DNA of 64,000 nucleotides from a virus (Duplodnaviria; Caudoviricetes): IMG/VR virus record IMGVR_UViG_3300033475_000009, positions 26,550 to 90,549 of that record; one strand, 5' to 3'. Shown piece by piece: positions 49,477 to 58,622 of this stretch (position 1 is its first letter; each line of letters starts with the position of its first letter). The notes under the pieces were generated by a model. It saw only the letters and a program-made list of their open reading frames with translations, ran no database searches and was not told where the DNA came from. The position numbers and the translations under genes were made by a program.

Positions 49477-49733
49477 GTATAGAAAATATAGAGAGTAGAC
49501 TAATTCTAAGACTAAATCAAAGACCAGTTCTCTTAGCAAAGTCAAAAACTAAATCAAAGTTATCAATAATACTTTTACATATTATTGAGTTTATTTTAGT
49601 TTAAGAGAACTGCGATAAATATTAAAATATATCCTTCTGTTTAAAACACAGATGCTCTACCATTGAGCTTAATACCCCAAAGTGGAGTACTCTAGGAATC
49701 GAACCTAGTTTCTTTGTAATTAATTTTCTATAC
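49477..49733 (-). ncRNA. Candidate structured ncRNA (~257 nt) of unknown family
   Basis: Closed by an 11-bp helix (49723-49733 with 49477-49487). Contains an internal 11-bp helix (49602-49612/49525-49535), an 8-bp hairpin (49563-49588), a direct repeat CUUUGAUUUAGU x2 and a tRNA-like domain. Confidence 0.7.
49636..49708 (-). ncRNA. Circularly permuted tRNA-Lys(UUU)-like domain
   Basis: Order on the - strand: T arm CUAGG-UUCGAUU-CCUAG, acceptor 3' strand AGUACUC, short linker, acceptor 5' strand GGGUAUU, D arm GCUC-AAUGGUA-GAGC, anticodon arm UCUGU-GUUUUAA-ACAGA. Confidence 0.8.
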
Positions 49734-49798
49734 TTTCTATACTAAATATATAGTATTCCTCTTATGAGTTCAGTCTATATAACCTCTAATGCTTTTAA

Positions 49799-50668
49799 TT
49801 ATTTTCTACTATATTCAGTTACAAAATCCATAGTTTTCTGAAGACTATTAGGAATAATAATCTTTAGCTCAGATAACTCTTTAGCTTTTTCAAGCTTCTT
49901 ATTATGAATCTCTAAACGTATAGTATGATTTTCAGTATTTAATTTATCTACTTCTTCCTGATAAGCTTTTCTAGTTTCAGAGTTAATATTATTAACTTCT
50001 CTAATCTTATCAGATAATAGATTTTTTATTTTAGCTTTATAATAATTTACCTTACTTTCAGCTTCTCTATATTCCTTTTGTAAGTTAAAGTATATCTTAT
50101 AAAGATCTTCTTCAAATACTAATTGTGTTAGATAAATAACATAATCTTTATTTTCTGGATGAATCTGTATAGGAGGAGTATTCTTTAAATCTTTAAACCA
50201 TTTATCAAATACACCATTAGGATGGACCTTCTTACCTAAATGAGCTGCTTTAGCTTCACAAGCTAGAAATTCAGATAATTCACTTACAGATAATTCTTTT
50301 TTAATATCTTCTTCTGTAGGTGTTGGAAGAAGTGCTGGTACAGCGGGTAATACTTTAAATATAAAACCAAAAGTATCATATTCAGTTTGTTCTAGTAATC
50401 TATTCTTTTCTTTAATAGCTTCTCTAAGCCATGCGGAAAGAGCATATAGATTACCTTCCTCCATACATTTAGTCTCTAAATTATCTACCTTATATTCTTT
50501 ATTAAAAGTCTTTTCCTGACCATTAAAAATAAGCTTAGAACTAAATAAAGACATTCTACTAATTTCATTAGCTATTTTCTCACATAATTCTTTAATAATA
50601 TTAGCTGTATAATTAGCTTCTGCTAGAGTAAGTCCTTGCTTATCTAGAAATTTTGATTCATAATTCAT
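49799..50668 (-). CDS. Coiled-coil protein directly upstream of the ncRNA
   Basis: 289 aa; GLTLAEANYTANIIKE..LSAWLREAIKEK..KAAHLGKKVHPNG..IIIPNSLQ. Confidence 0.75.
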   Translation of the reverse strand: MNYESKFLDKQGLTLAEANYTANIIKELCEKIANEISRMSLFSSKLIFNGQEKTFNKEYKVDNLETKCMEEGNLYALSAWLREAIKEKNRLLEQTEYDTFGFIFKVLPAVPALLPTPTEEDIKKELSVSELSEFLACEAKAAHLGKKVHPNGVFDKWFKDLKNTPPIQIHPENKDYVIYLTQLVFEEDLYKIYFNLQKEYREAESKVNYYKAKIKNLLSDKIREVNNINSETRKAYQEEVDKLNTENHTIRLEIHNKKLEKAKELSELKIIIPNSLQKTMDFVTEYSRK

Positions 50669-50696
50669 TTAAATAATTTAATTAATAACAATATTC

Positions 50697-52550
50697 TCAT
50701 TTACTCCAAAAATCTGTTATGGTTATATCAGTATCCATTGGTAAGGCTAGATTAAACTGTTTACCTGCTTCTTTCATAATATTAGACTGTATTATAGAGA
50801 ATTCTTCTGCAAATTCTTCTATACATTCGGTATAAATAGCATCATGTACTACATGTACTAGCTTTACTTTATCTTCTAAAGAATTTTCTATTATATATTT
50901 TCTAGTATTAACTAAAGCTACTTTAGTCATAAGAGCAGCAGTCATTTGAATAGGAGTATTATAAGAAGCTCTAGTAATTTCTCCAATAATTTTTTTATCT
51001 TCCCATTCATCTAAATCTTTTTTCCAGTTAGGAAAGAATCTTATACCTGAATAAGGACTATAACTTCTTATATACCCGTTAGTCAAACCATACTTAGCAC
51101 AGTTATCTAGATATATTTTAAGCTGTTTGGTGGCTTTAAAATATTTCTTAATAAGATCATCAGCTTCCTCTAAAGATACTTGTAAAGTGTTAGAAAGCTT
51201 AAATTTAGACATACCAAAAAGTACTCCAAAATTTATAGTCTTAGCAACATCTCTATAGGTTTTACCTCTTAGAAAATCAGGTTTAGTTCTTACTAAATCA
51301 TCTGTTATGCTAAACATTAGTTTACATACTTCTGAATGTAAGTCTTTACCTTCTAAGAAAGTATTAAGCCACATAGTATCTTTACTACCGCAAGCAGCTA
51401 TCCTAGCTTCCTGACCAGAATAATCTATACCTATTATTTTATATCCCTTAGCAGCTACAAAGCAGTTTAAATATTCATTCTTGGCAGGTAAATTCTGAAG
51501 ATTAGGTTTATTGGAAGATACTCTATTAGTTTCCTTTATTTGCCAAAACTCTGTATGTATTCTATTAGTTATAGGATTTATATTATCTAAAAAAGATTTA
51601 CCGTAAGTAGTTATTACTTTACTTTCTTTTTTATAATCTATAAACTTCTTAACCAATGGATATTGGTACTGAAATTTTTGTATTTCTTTTTCTGAGCTAG
51701 ATTCTATATCTAAACCTATTTCCTTAAATACTTTCTGTACTTGAGTAGGGGAACTCCATTTAATAGATATTACTCTATCAACTTCACCAAATAAACTTAA
51801 TTGTTCATATTTTTTAATGAATTTTTTAAGTTTTGGTTCTTCTAATACTAATCTATCTAGTTCCTCTTCATAATTACTTAGATTAGATTCTGCCTTTTCA
51901 GTTAGTTTTAACCAAGGTATACTATCAAATCCTAATCCATTATATTCAATATCAGCTAAAGCTAAACAAGCTTCATTTTCTAAATTAACTACAGATTGTA
52001 AATTATATTTAGTTACTAATTTTTCCTGCTCTTCTTTAATCTTAAATAAATATTGTACGTCTCCAGAACCATAAATTATTTGATTATTGGTAAAAGGAGA
52101 ACCTTGTAATTTAATAAATTGATTTCTTACTGATTTATCTAGCTTAATACCACAATACTTAAAACATATGGCTTCTAAAGATAAATTTACTTCTAGTCCA
52201 TTATTTAATAAACATTCTACTATAAAAGTATTATATATATTTTTTAATATAATACCTTCTTTCTTTAGAAATTTATAATCAAATTTTAGATTCTGACCTA
52301 GTATCAATATCTTTTCTAATACTAGTTTTAATAAACTTATATTAGTAATTCTAGTGTCTATTACCCAAGTATCTGTACCATCAGATAATTGAAGCATTAT
52401 TATTCTATTTCTATGATTAAAGAATCCTTCAGTTTCAGTATCTAAGGCTACAGCTGATAGTTTTATTAACCAGTTATAGCAATTTTCTATAGTAGATTCT
52501 CTATATAAATCAGATTTTATTAATCTAGGTTCTCCTATATAATATATCAT
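50697..52550 (-). CDS. polA: Family A DNA polymerase with 3'-5' exonuclease, no 5'-3' exonuclease
   Basis: ExoI ALDTETEG, ExoII GQNLKFD, ExoIII YGSGDV; motif A IDYSGQEAR, motif B RDVAKTINFG, motif C VVHDAI. Confidence 0.95.
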   Translation of the reverse strand: MIYYIGEPRLIKSDLYRESTIENCYNWLIKLSAVALDTETEGFFNHRNRIIMLQLSDGTDTWVIDTRITNISLLKLVLEKILILGQNLKFDYKFLKKEGIILKNIYNTFIVECLLNNGLEVNLSLEAICFKYCGIKLDKSVRNQFIKLQGSPFTNNQIIYGSGDVQYLFKIKEEQEKLVTKYNLQSVVNLENEACLALADIEYNGLGFDSIPWLKLTEKAESNLSNYEEELDRLVLEEPKLKKFIKKYEQLSLFGEVDRVISIKWSSPTQVQKVFKEIGLDIESSSEKEIQKFQYQYPLVKKFIDYKKESKVITTYGKSFLDNINPITNRIHTEFWQIKETNRVSSNKPNLQNLPAKNEYLNCFVAAKGYKIIGIDYSGQEARIAACGSKDTMWLNTFLEGKDLHSEVCKLMFSITDDLVRTKPDFLRGKTYRDVAKTINFGVLFGMSKFKLSNTLQVSLEEADDLIKKYFKATKQLKIYLDNCAKYGLTNGYIRSYSPYSGIRFFPNWKKDLDEWEDKKIIGEITRASYNTPIQMTAALMTKVALVNTRKYIIENSLEDKVKLVHVVHDAIYTECIEEFAEEFSIIQSNIMKEAGKQFNLALPMDTDITITDFWSK

Positions 52551-52912
52551 TCTATGTCTTTTAATAGTTTTAATGCTTCTATTATTCCTGAACTTAAAGC
52601 TTTTTCATATCCATTAAAATCACTCCATACTTGAGAAGATTGTATATAATTGCCTGTATAAGATGCTTCAGGATATAAAGAACCAATGCCCCATACATAA
52701 GATAAAGTTATATCTAGATGCACTAACACATATATTCCATGAACTTCTCTTAACCATTTTTGTACAAAAGTTAAAGTAATAGGAGGATAATAAGTATAAT
52801 TAGTACCATCACTTAATATTAGCTCTATAGATTTTTGCTCTTTAAACCTATCAAATCCTTTTTTAGAAGCTAATTCAGATATTTCTATTGTAATTAAAGA
52901 TTCCTCTATCAT
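52547..52912 (-). CDS. Hypothetical protein
   Basis: 121 aa; TLTFVQKWLREVHGIYV..YEKALSSGIIEALKL. Confidence 0.6.
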   Translation of the reverse strand: MIEESLITIEISELASKKGFDRFKEQKSIELILSDGTNYTYYPPITLTFVQKWLREVHGIYVLVHLDITLSYVWGIGSLYPEASYTGNYIQSSQVWSDFNGYEKALSSGIIEALKLLKDIE

Positions 52913-53703
52913 ATAATTTTAGGCATTTCATCTGGAATTCTAATATTATTTTGATTTGCTATTTTACCTTTAATATATAAATTCCAACAAACTATAAATA
53001 ATTTTACTTTATCTACTATTCTGTATTTAGTTTTATTAATACTATCCTTAATAAGCTTATTTCTTAAATGATAAGCTGGAGAACTCTCAGTTAAATCTAA
53101 ACCTGTTTCATACATATTAAAGAAATTACTAATAATATTTTCAGGATGTCCTTTTTTAGCTAAGACAAAATAAATAGCTGTTAATATAGAAGGAGAAATC
53201 CATTTAGTTTTTCTATATATCCTATTACAATATATAGCTATTTCTCCTATTTCTGGATTATCATTAAAGAATTTAATCTTTTCTTCAGCATTCTCTCTAG
53301 CAGATTTATTAAAATCATTAGCTTCTTTTTGTAAAGTTTTTATAAAAGATATAGCTGAAGAAATTAATGTACCATTTTTAATACCACTAATACTTAATAT
53401 ATCTCCATTACTTCTTGGTCTACCAGTATCTAGTACATAAAATGCATCATCAGGTACATCATAAGCTATATTCTGCCAGTAACTTTTACCTGATCTTCTA
53501 ATAGCTTCTAATCTATGTTGACCATCTAGTAATTTATTATTAATAGATATTTGGATGGTATCACCTGTTTCCTTATATAAATCTTTGTCCATTTCATTCT
53601 TTATAAAGACAACATGTTTTTCACTCATAGGTCTATTGCCTATGTTTTTTGTTAATAACTGTGTAGCTATTTCTGGAGTGATTAAAATTCTTTCAATTCT
53701 CAT
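52909..53703 (-). CDS. ParB/Srx-like N-terminal domain protein
   Basis: ITPEIATQLL.KN..NRP..LLDGQHRLEAI..DTGRPRS. Confidence 0.7.
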   Translation of the reverse strand: MRIERILITPEIATQLLTKNIGNRPMSEKHVVFIKNEMDKDLYKETGDTIQISINNKLLDGQHRLEAIRRSGKSYWQNIAYDVPDDAFYVLDTGRPRSNGDILSISGIKNGTLISSAISFIKTLQKEANDFNKSARENAEEKIKFFNDNPEIGEIAIYCNRIYRKTKWISPSILTAIYFVLAKKGHPENIISNFFNMYETGLDLTESSPAYHLRNKLIKDSINKTKYRIVDKVKLFIVCWNLYIKGKIANQNNIRIPDEMPKII

Positions 53704-53712
53704 AATTTTAGT

Positions 53713-54090
53713 TTAATTGATTGTTTTACTTTCTATAACAAGAGATAACTTTGTAATATTATCTTGTTTGTTTAATATTTTATGTTGATAATAGTATAAT
53801 TTATTGCATATGAAATTAATCATTTCTACCTCTTTTCTATTAGCTATAACTAAGTTTAAATAGTTATTCATAGATCTTTGAAAGTTAATTTCTTTATTTT
53901 TATTTATTATTTTTTTTAATAAAAAGTATTCTAAAGAATTTAGTTCTTGTTCTTTAGTATAAGGTCTATGATTTTGTGTTCTATATAGTCTAGACTTAAA
54001 ATAAGAATTATCTTTTTTACTAAATATTTCACCATTACAAGAACATACCTTTATATATCTTCTTCTAATCTCTGTAAATTCTTTCTTCAT
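53713..54090 (-). CDS. Hypothetical basic protein
   Basis: 125-aa ORF. Confidence 0.45.
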   Translation of the reverse strand: MKKEFTEIRRRYIKVCSCNGEIFSKKDNSYFKSRLYRTQNHRPYTKEQELNSLEYFLLKKIINKNKEINFQRSMNNYLNLVIANRKEVEMINFICNKLYYYQHKILNKQDNITKLSLVIESKTIN

Positions 54091-54424
54091 AAAAGGTAGT
54101 AGGTTTATTTTGTGTTAGATATACTTCTTTATTAAAAGCTGGTAGACCAAATCCATCTATATAGATAGCTAAATTATTAGCAAATATAAACTCTTCAGCT
54201 ATCTGAAAAACTCCTATTTCTCTATTAGTTTCTAGATAATATTGAGTTACTCCTTTGGAAGTTATTTCTAGTTCTATATTTCTTTTACTTTCAGAGTTAG
54301 GGCTATTAATTATTTTAATATTTATATCAAAAAATTTATTCTTTATATCAAGATTATATATAATAGTATCTTCTTCTTGTATATAAATCCTTCTATAGAA
54401 ATTTATATTTATTAAATTTTTCAT
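54065..54424 (-). CDS. Hypothetical protein
   Basis: 119-aa ORF. Confidence 0.5.
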   Translation of the reverse strand: MKNLININFYRRIYIQEEDTIIYNLDIKNKFFDINIKIINSPNSESKRNIELEITSKGVTQYYLETNREIGVFQIAEEFIFANNLAIYIDGFGLPAFNKEVYLTQNKPTTFYEERIYRD

Positions 54425-54448
54425 AAGCTTGAGGATTTAAGGTAAATA

Positions 54449-54478
54449 AAGGTAGATCACTTTTACATGACCTACCTT
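54449..54478 (-). terminator. Terminator-like hairpin
   Basis: AAGGTAGGTCA-tgtaaaag-TGATCTACCTT followed by TATTT, after gene 54508. Confidence 0.55.
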
Positions 54479-54507
54479 ATATATGAAACTAATTAAAATT
54501 ATACTAA

Positions 54508-54978
54508 CTAAGCTTTAATATGCTCAGCTAGTTTTTCAGTTACAGACTCTGATTTAGTTTCAAGTGTAGAAGCTTCTACGCTTTCTACTACTTCATTTTC
54601 ATCTGTAAGAAATTCATCAAAGCCATTAACTTTGTTAACTTTATTAGAATGTGTCTTAGCAACTGAAGTTACAAAGAGACCTCTAATGCCATTATTTGTA
54701 GTAATATCTTCAATATAAACTCTACAGATTTCTCCTTTTTCAGGAATAAAATCAGTAGGTCTAAGAGAAGCTGTTAAATTTTGATTTACAGCATCTTGAT
54801 AATTACCTTCTTTCATAAGCTTAAGTGCTTCATCTTGATGATATGAAGTCATACCATTAAAATTAATAATAAACTTACCATCTACTGGAATTATTGATGT
54901 AGCTCTTAGTTCAGTATAACCAGGAGTCATAATAAGTTTTCTACTCTTGATAATTTGGGCTGCTTGTTTCTTTTCCAT
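54508..54978 (-). CDS. Conserved crAss-like protein, possible OB fold
   Basis: 156 aa; beta-rich core FIINFN..PEKGEICRVYIE..LFVTSV and an acidic tail. Confidence 0.55.
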   Translation of the reverse strand: MEKKQAAQIIKSRKLIMTPGYTELRATSIIPVDGKFIINFNGMTSYHQDEALKLMKEGNYQDAVNQNLTASLRPTDFIPEKGEICRVYIEDITTNNGIRGLFVTSVAKTHSNKVNKVNGFDEFLTDENEVVESVEASTLETKSESVTEKLAEHIKA

Positions 54979-55139
54979 AATTGTAAAATTTTGATGTATT
55001 ATTCGTGTATTATTATAATCGTATTTTTAAATAGATACGTTACTATAGACTATTTTTATTTTACTACAGAATTTAAGTTCTATAAACTGTAGATGGTTCT
55101 TCTTCCTTCTCTAGCAACACCATAAGCAAAGAGAATATA

Positions 55140-55322
55140 CTATCTTTTTCTATATATTAGGTATTCTTCTATCCAATAAATACAATAACTTATTAATAGA
55201 ATACTCATTATAAAGTTCCAAATAAATATATTAGATTCTTTTATAATAATAAACTGATAAATATTCTGAATTCCTGATACTAAACACCAAGAAAACATTA
55301 TCACACTAAAATATTTTTTCAT
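55140..55322 (-). CDS. Small membrane protein (2 TM)
   Basis: Hydrophobic 60 aa. Confidence 0.5.
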   Translation of the reverse strand: MKKYFSVIMFSWCLVSGIQNIYQFIIIKESNIFIWNFIMSILLISYCIYWIEEYLIYRKR

Positions 55323-55522
55323 TAAGGTAAATATTTAAGCATTAAATATACTATACCTCCTATAGATACAGTTCCTCCGCCTATAAAAGAAAAATAAAGT
55401 ATTATTAATATAATATCATTATCCATTATATATTCACATATATCTTCATTATGATTAATTATAATCATAAGAATTAAAGAACATATAAACAATATAATAG
55501 ATATTACAAATATAGTTATCAT
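55322..55522 (-). CDS. Small membrane protein (2 TM)
   Basis: Hydrophobic 66 aa. Confidence 0.5.
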   Translation of the reverse strand: MITIFVISIILFICSLILMIIINHNEDICEYIMDNDIILIILYFSFIGGGTVSIGGIVYLMLKYLP

Positions 55523-55544
55523 AATTTTTGTTTTTAAAAAAGGA

Positions 55545-55583
55545 CACTAGTAGCTAATAGATAAATCTACTAACATACTAGTG
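55545..55583 (-). terminator. Terminator-like hairpin
   Basis: CACTAGTA..TACTAGTG outer stem with inner TAGAT/ATCTA, followed by TCCTTTTTT. Confidence 0.6.
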
Positions 55584-55607
55584 AACTGTTCAACCTTAAA
55601 CCTATAA

Positions 55608-55973
55608 CTATTCAGAATCTACTTCATTATCTAAAGCTACTAGTTCAGCTTTAAGAAATTCTAATTTCTTTTTATGACGATCTAGAGCTTCTGTAGCTTC
55701 AGTTACTTCATTCCTACTAGTAATTAGATTAGCTACATAAGAACTTCTATCTGTAATTAGCTTACCATTGTTTATTCTTGCATTAGAGAGGTTTTCTTTA
55801 GCTTCCTCTACTTTATCTTCATAAGAGATAGTATCTCCTTCTAATGAAGCTATTTGAGTTTTTAGAGCTGATTCAGCTTGTCTATATACTTTTTCTGCTT
55901 GTGCTTTAACATCATCACCTTGAACAGTTGCAATGAATTGTTTAACAAATGATTTTACTTTTCTTGTTGTCAT
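55608..55973 (-). CDS. Coiled-coil hypothetical protein
   Basis: 121 aa with a heptad pattern. Confidence 0.65.
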   Translation of the reverse strand: MTTRKVKSFVKQFIATVQGDDVKAQAEKVYRQAESALKTQIASLEGDTISYEDKVEEAKENLSNARINNGKLITDRSSYVANLITSRNEVTEATEALDRHKKKLEFLKAELVALDNEVDSE

Positions 55974-56004
55974 TTTTACTTAAATTTAATTTATTTGAGT
56001 TAAT

Positions 56005-57927
56005 TTAAAATAATAAAACTTTTTTATTTTCTATTAGATTTATATCTAAAGATTTTACTTTATTAATATTAGTATCTAATAGATTATTTTGTTTTGGTAC
56101 TAGTAATTCTTTAGTAGAAGATTTTTCTATTTGAATATTATCAAAATTATTTGGTTTTATATTTATAATATTTTCTTGATAAAAATTTTCACTCCATAAT
56201 CTATAACATATTGCAGGATAAATAGTATTATCTATACTATGATAATTATACATCTCATTCTCTTCTTCTACTACTTTAGCCCATTTACCATCTACATATA
56301 CTATACCTTTATTAGATTTTAATGCTATAGAATCATTAGTAAAATAATAAGGCTTTACTTCAAAATCTACTGTATATTCTATGTTAGCACATTCACCATT
56401 AATATATAATGATTTATACTTTATTCCTTTAGGATACCTTCTCCTAGCTTCATCTAATAGTTGTTGATCATATTGTTCTTTAGTAGAAGCTTTAATATTA
56501 GCAACATTAAATAGTATATTAGGAGAGTTTAAGCCTGTAGGAGTTCTATGAGGAACAAATAATAATACTTCATAATCATTTTGAAGATTCTTAACTACTT
56601 TAGCTATATCACCTTTTTTACACCCTGAAGCATCTATTAATAATTCTACATATTGTGGAATAGGTTTACCTTTTAGATTTTCAGATTCTACACATTTTTT
56701 AAAGTGACCTTGTTCTAAGCACCAACTAAAATCTTTGTCATCTTTAAATTCTATAAAATGAATACCTTGTACCTTTCTTATATTAGTTATTAATACTTTA
56801 GATCCTACAAAACTATTCATAGGTTTAACCCAATTTTCATTAGATTTAGTAATTTCTACTAAGTCTCCTATTTTAGGTATCCATTTAGTATCATCTATAG
56901 GTTCTATAGGATTTCTTATCCATTTATTAAATTGATCTAAGGTAATTTCTACACCATAATTAGGTTTATTAGTACTATGAAAACCAATATGATCTATATA
57001 ACCAGCATTAAACCAAGTACCTTTTTTGTTTGATAATCTCCATTTATTTACTACATAAGGGAATCCATTGTTTTCTACTTTTATATACCATTCTTTAGGT
57101 AAAGAAGTTAATTCTTTAGATTTACTTAAAGTAGTTACATCATAAGGTTTACCTAATCTATTATATTCAGCTATTTCTTCTAGAGTTGCATACCTATAAG
57201 TAGAAGGATTATCTACTTTAATATCTTCCCATCCATTAGTATTACTACCTACAGTATCTAAATAAGGCCTTATATAATAAAAATCTTCCCTTTGCTTAAA
57301 ACAGTAATTTGATGGAAATCCTATAACGCCATTACTATTAAGCGTTACTATATAACTATCTTTCTTAAATGTAGTAACTTTTATATCAGTAAGTTTATCA
57401 GGATGTCCATCAGGAAGAAATTCTTGTACTTCTTCTAATGGGCATTCGCAAGTATTAGATTTCCATTCTAGCCAACTATTAGCTTCGTCTCCTTTATAAA
57501 AATATTTACCTTTATAAAGCCAATCACCATGATAAAATCTATTACCTTCTTCTATTCTACTATTGTTAATGGCTTTAGCTATATGATTACTACCTAAGTT
57601 TTTATACCATCTACCTACTTCAAAAAGTTTAGGTTGATTAAAACTTTTTAAAGCCTCTTCTTTGTAGATAAATTTATTAGCTTTCTCACATTCTAAAAAC
57701 CAATGTTTTTCTTCTGCGCTAGGGATAGATAATTTATTTTCCTTTATACTATTAATTTCACTATTTTTTATAATAGGTTCATAAGTTCTATGAGGAAATA
57801 ATCCTATAATATAATGTATATCTAGACCTACATTATAATTAAATCTAAATATAGAATTTACTGTTTTACCTTCATATTCCCATTCAAATTTATATATTTC
57901 ACCTTTATTTAAATCTTCTATTTTCAT
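56005..57927 (-). CDS. Mosaic multi-module hypothetical protein
   Basis: 640 aa built from short aromatic-rich modules separated by linkers. Confidence 0.7.
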   Translation of the reverse strand: MKIEDLNKGEIYKFEWEYEGKTVNSIFRFNYNVGLDIHYIIGLFPHRTYEPIIKNSEINSIKENKLSIPSAEEKHWFLECEKANKFIYKEEALKSFNQPKLFEVGRWYKNLGSNHIAKAINNSRIEEGNRFYHGDWLYKGKYFYKGDEANSWLEWKSNTCECPLEEVQEFLPDGHPDKLTDIKVTTFKKDSYIVTLNSNGVIGFPSNYCFKQREDFYYIRPYLDTVGSNTNGWEDIKVDNPSTYRYATLEEIAEYNRLGKPYDVTTLSKSKELTSLPKEWYIKVENNGFPYVVNKWRLSNKKGTWFNAGYIDHIGFHSTNKPNYGVEITLDQFNKWIRNPIEPIDDTKWIPKIGDLVEITKSNENWVKPMNSFVGSKVLITNIRKVQGIHFIEFKDDKDFSWCLEQGHFKKCVESENLKGKPIPQYVELLIDASGCKKGDIAKVVKNLQNDYEVLLFVPHRTPTGLNSPNILFNVANIKASTKEQYDQQLLDEARRRYPKGIKYKSLYINGECANIEYTVDFEVKPYYFTNDSIALKSNKGIVYVDGKWAKVVEEENEMYNYHSIDNTIYPAICYRLWSENFYQENIINIKPNNFDNIQIEKSSTKELLVPKQNNLLDTNINKVKSLDINLIENKKVLLF

Positions 57928-57946
57928 AACCTTTAAGTTTAATAAA

Positions 57947-57972
57947 GCTAGTAGTAAATTAATACTACTAGC
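57947..57972 (-). terminator. Terminator-like hairpin
   Basis: 10-bp stem GCTAGTAGTA/TACTACTAGC followed by TTTATT. Confidence 0.6.
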
Positions 57973-58299
57973 CTAAGTTGAATTCTAACAATCGAGATAA
58001 TTAAAATTTCTTTAGATCTCTTTTATATTCATAATAACTTTCTCTAGATTCAGCTAGAGTTCCATCTGAATTAATAAAGATAGTTTTACCTTTAGTATTA
58101 TCTATTAATTCAGACTTGTTATTAATAGATTTATTTTTTGTTATAGCTTTCATAATTATATCAGTTTTATTCTTTATTAATATTTACTTTATAACCTACC
58201 TGCTTCATTAAATCTATTAGATTCTGAAAAGTTGGTAAATTCATTTGCTGAATAGCAGAGCATAATCCTCTAAGAATTAATGATTCTCTAATTTTATTA

Positions 58300-58584
58300 C
58301 TATCCATTATTTCTAAAGATTTTAGTGATATAATCAATGAAAGGAGTTAGTCCTAGACCATGTAAACCATAACCTATTACTTCTGATAATACATGTAGAA
58401 AGTAAGTTTCTACAGTAGAAAATGCTTGTACTACTAATACTCCTACCAACATAATACTAGCACCTACACTCATTCTATGAGTATAAGTATGTTTCTCATT
58501 AAGCATATGAGAACATATATTTTTAGGAATATTAATATTTTTGCTAAATTTAGATACAAAAGTATCTTTAAGATTCTTCTCCAT
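58300..58584 (-). CDS. Membrane protein (2 TM)
   Basis: HRMSVGASIMLVGVLVV..VIGYGLHGLGLTPFI. Confidence 0.55.
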   Translation of the reverse strand: MEKNLKDTFVSKFSKNINIPKNICSHMLNEKHTYTHRMSVGASIMLVGVLVVQAFSTVETYFLHVLSEVIGYGLHGLGLTPFIDYITKIFRNNG

Positions 58585-58622
58585 TTTTGTTTGTTTGTTT
58601 TTAATGGGTTAAATAATAAACT

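Noticed and set aside
49636-49708. Two-piece (permuted) tmRNA or a true Y RNA
   Set aside because: It has a full anticodon arm, no tag reading frame or Ala G3.U70 context was recognised, and no Ro60/TROVE gene or Ro-binding stem was seen in the window.
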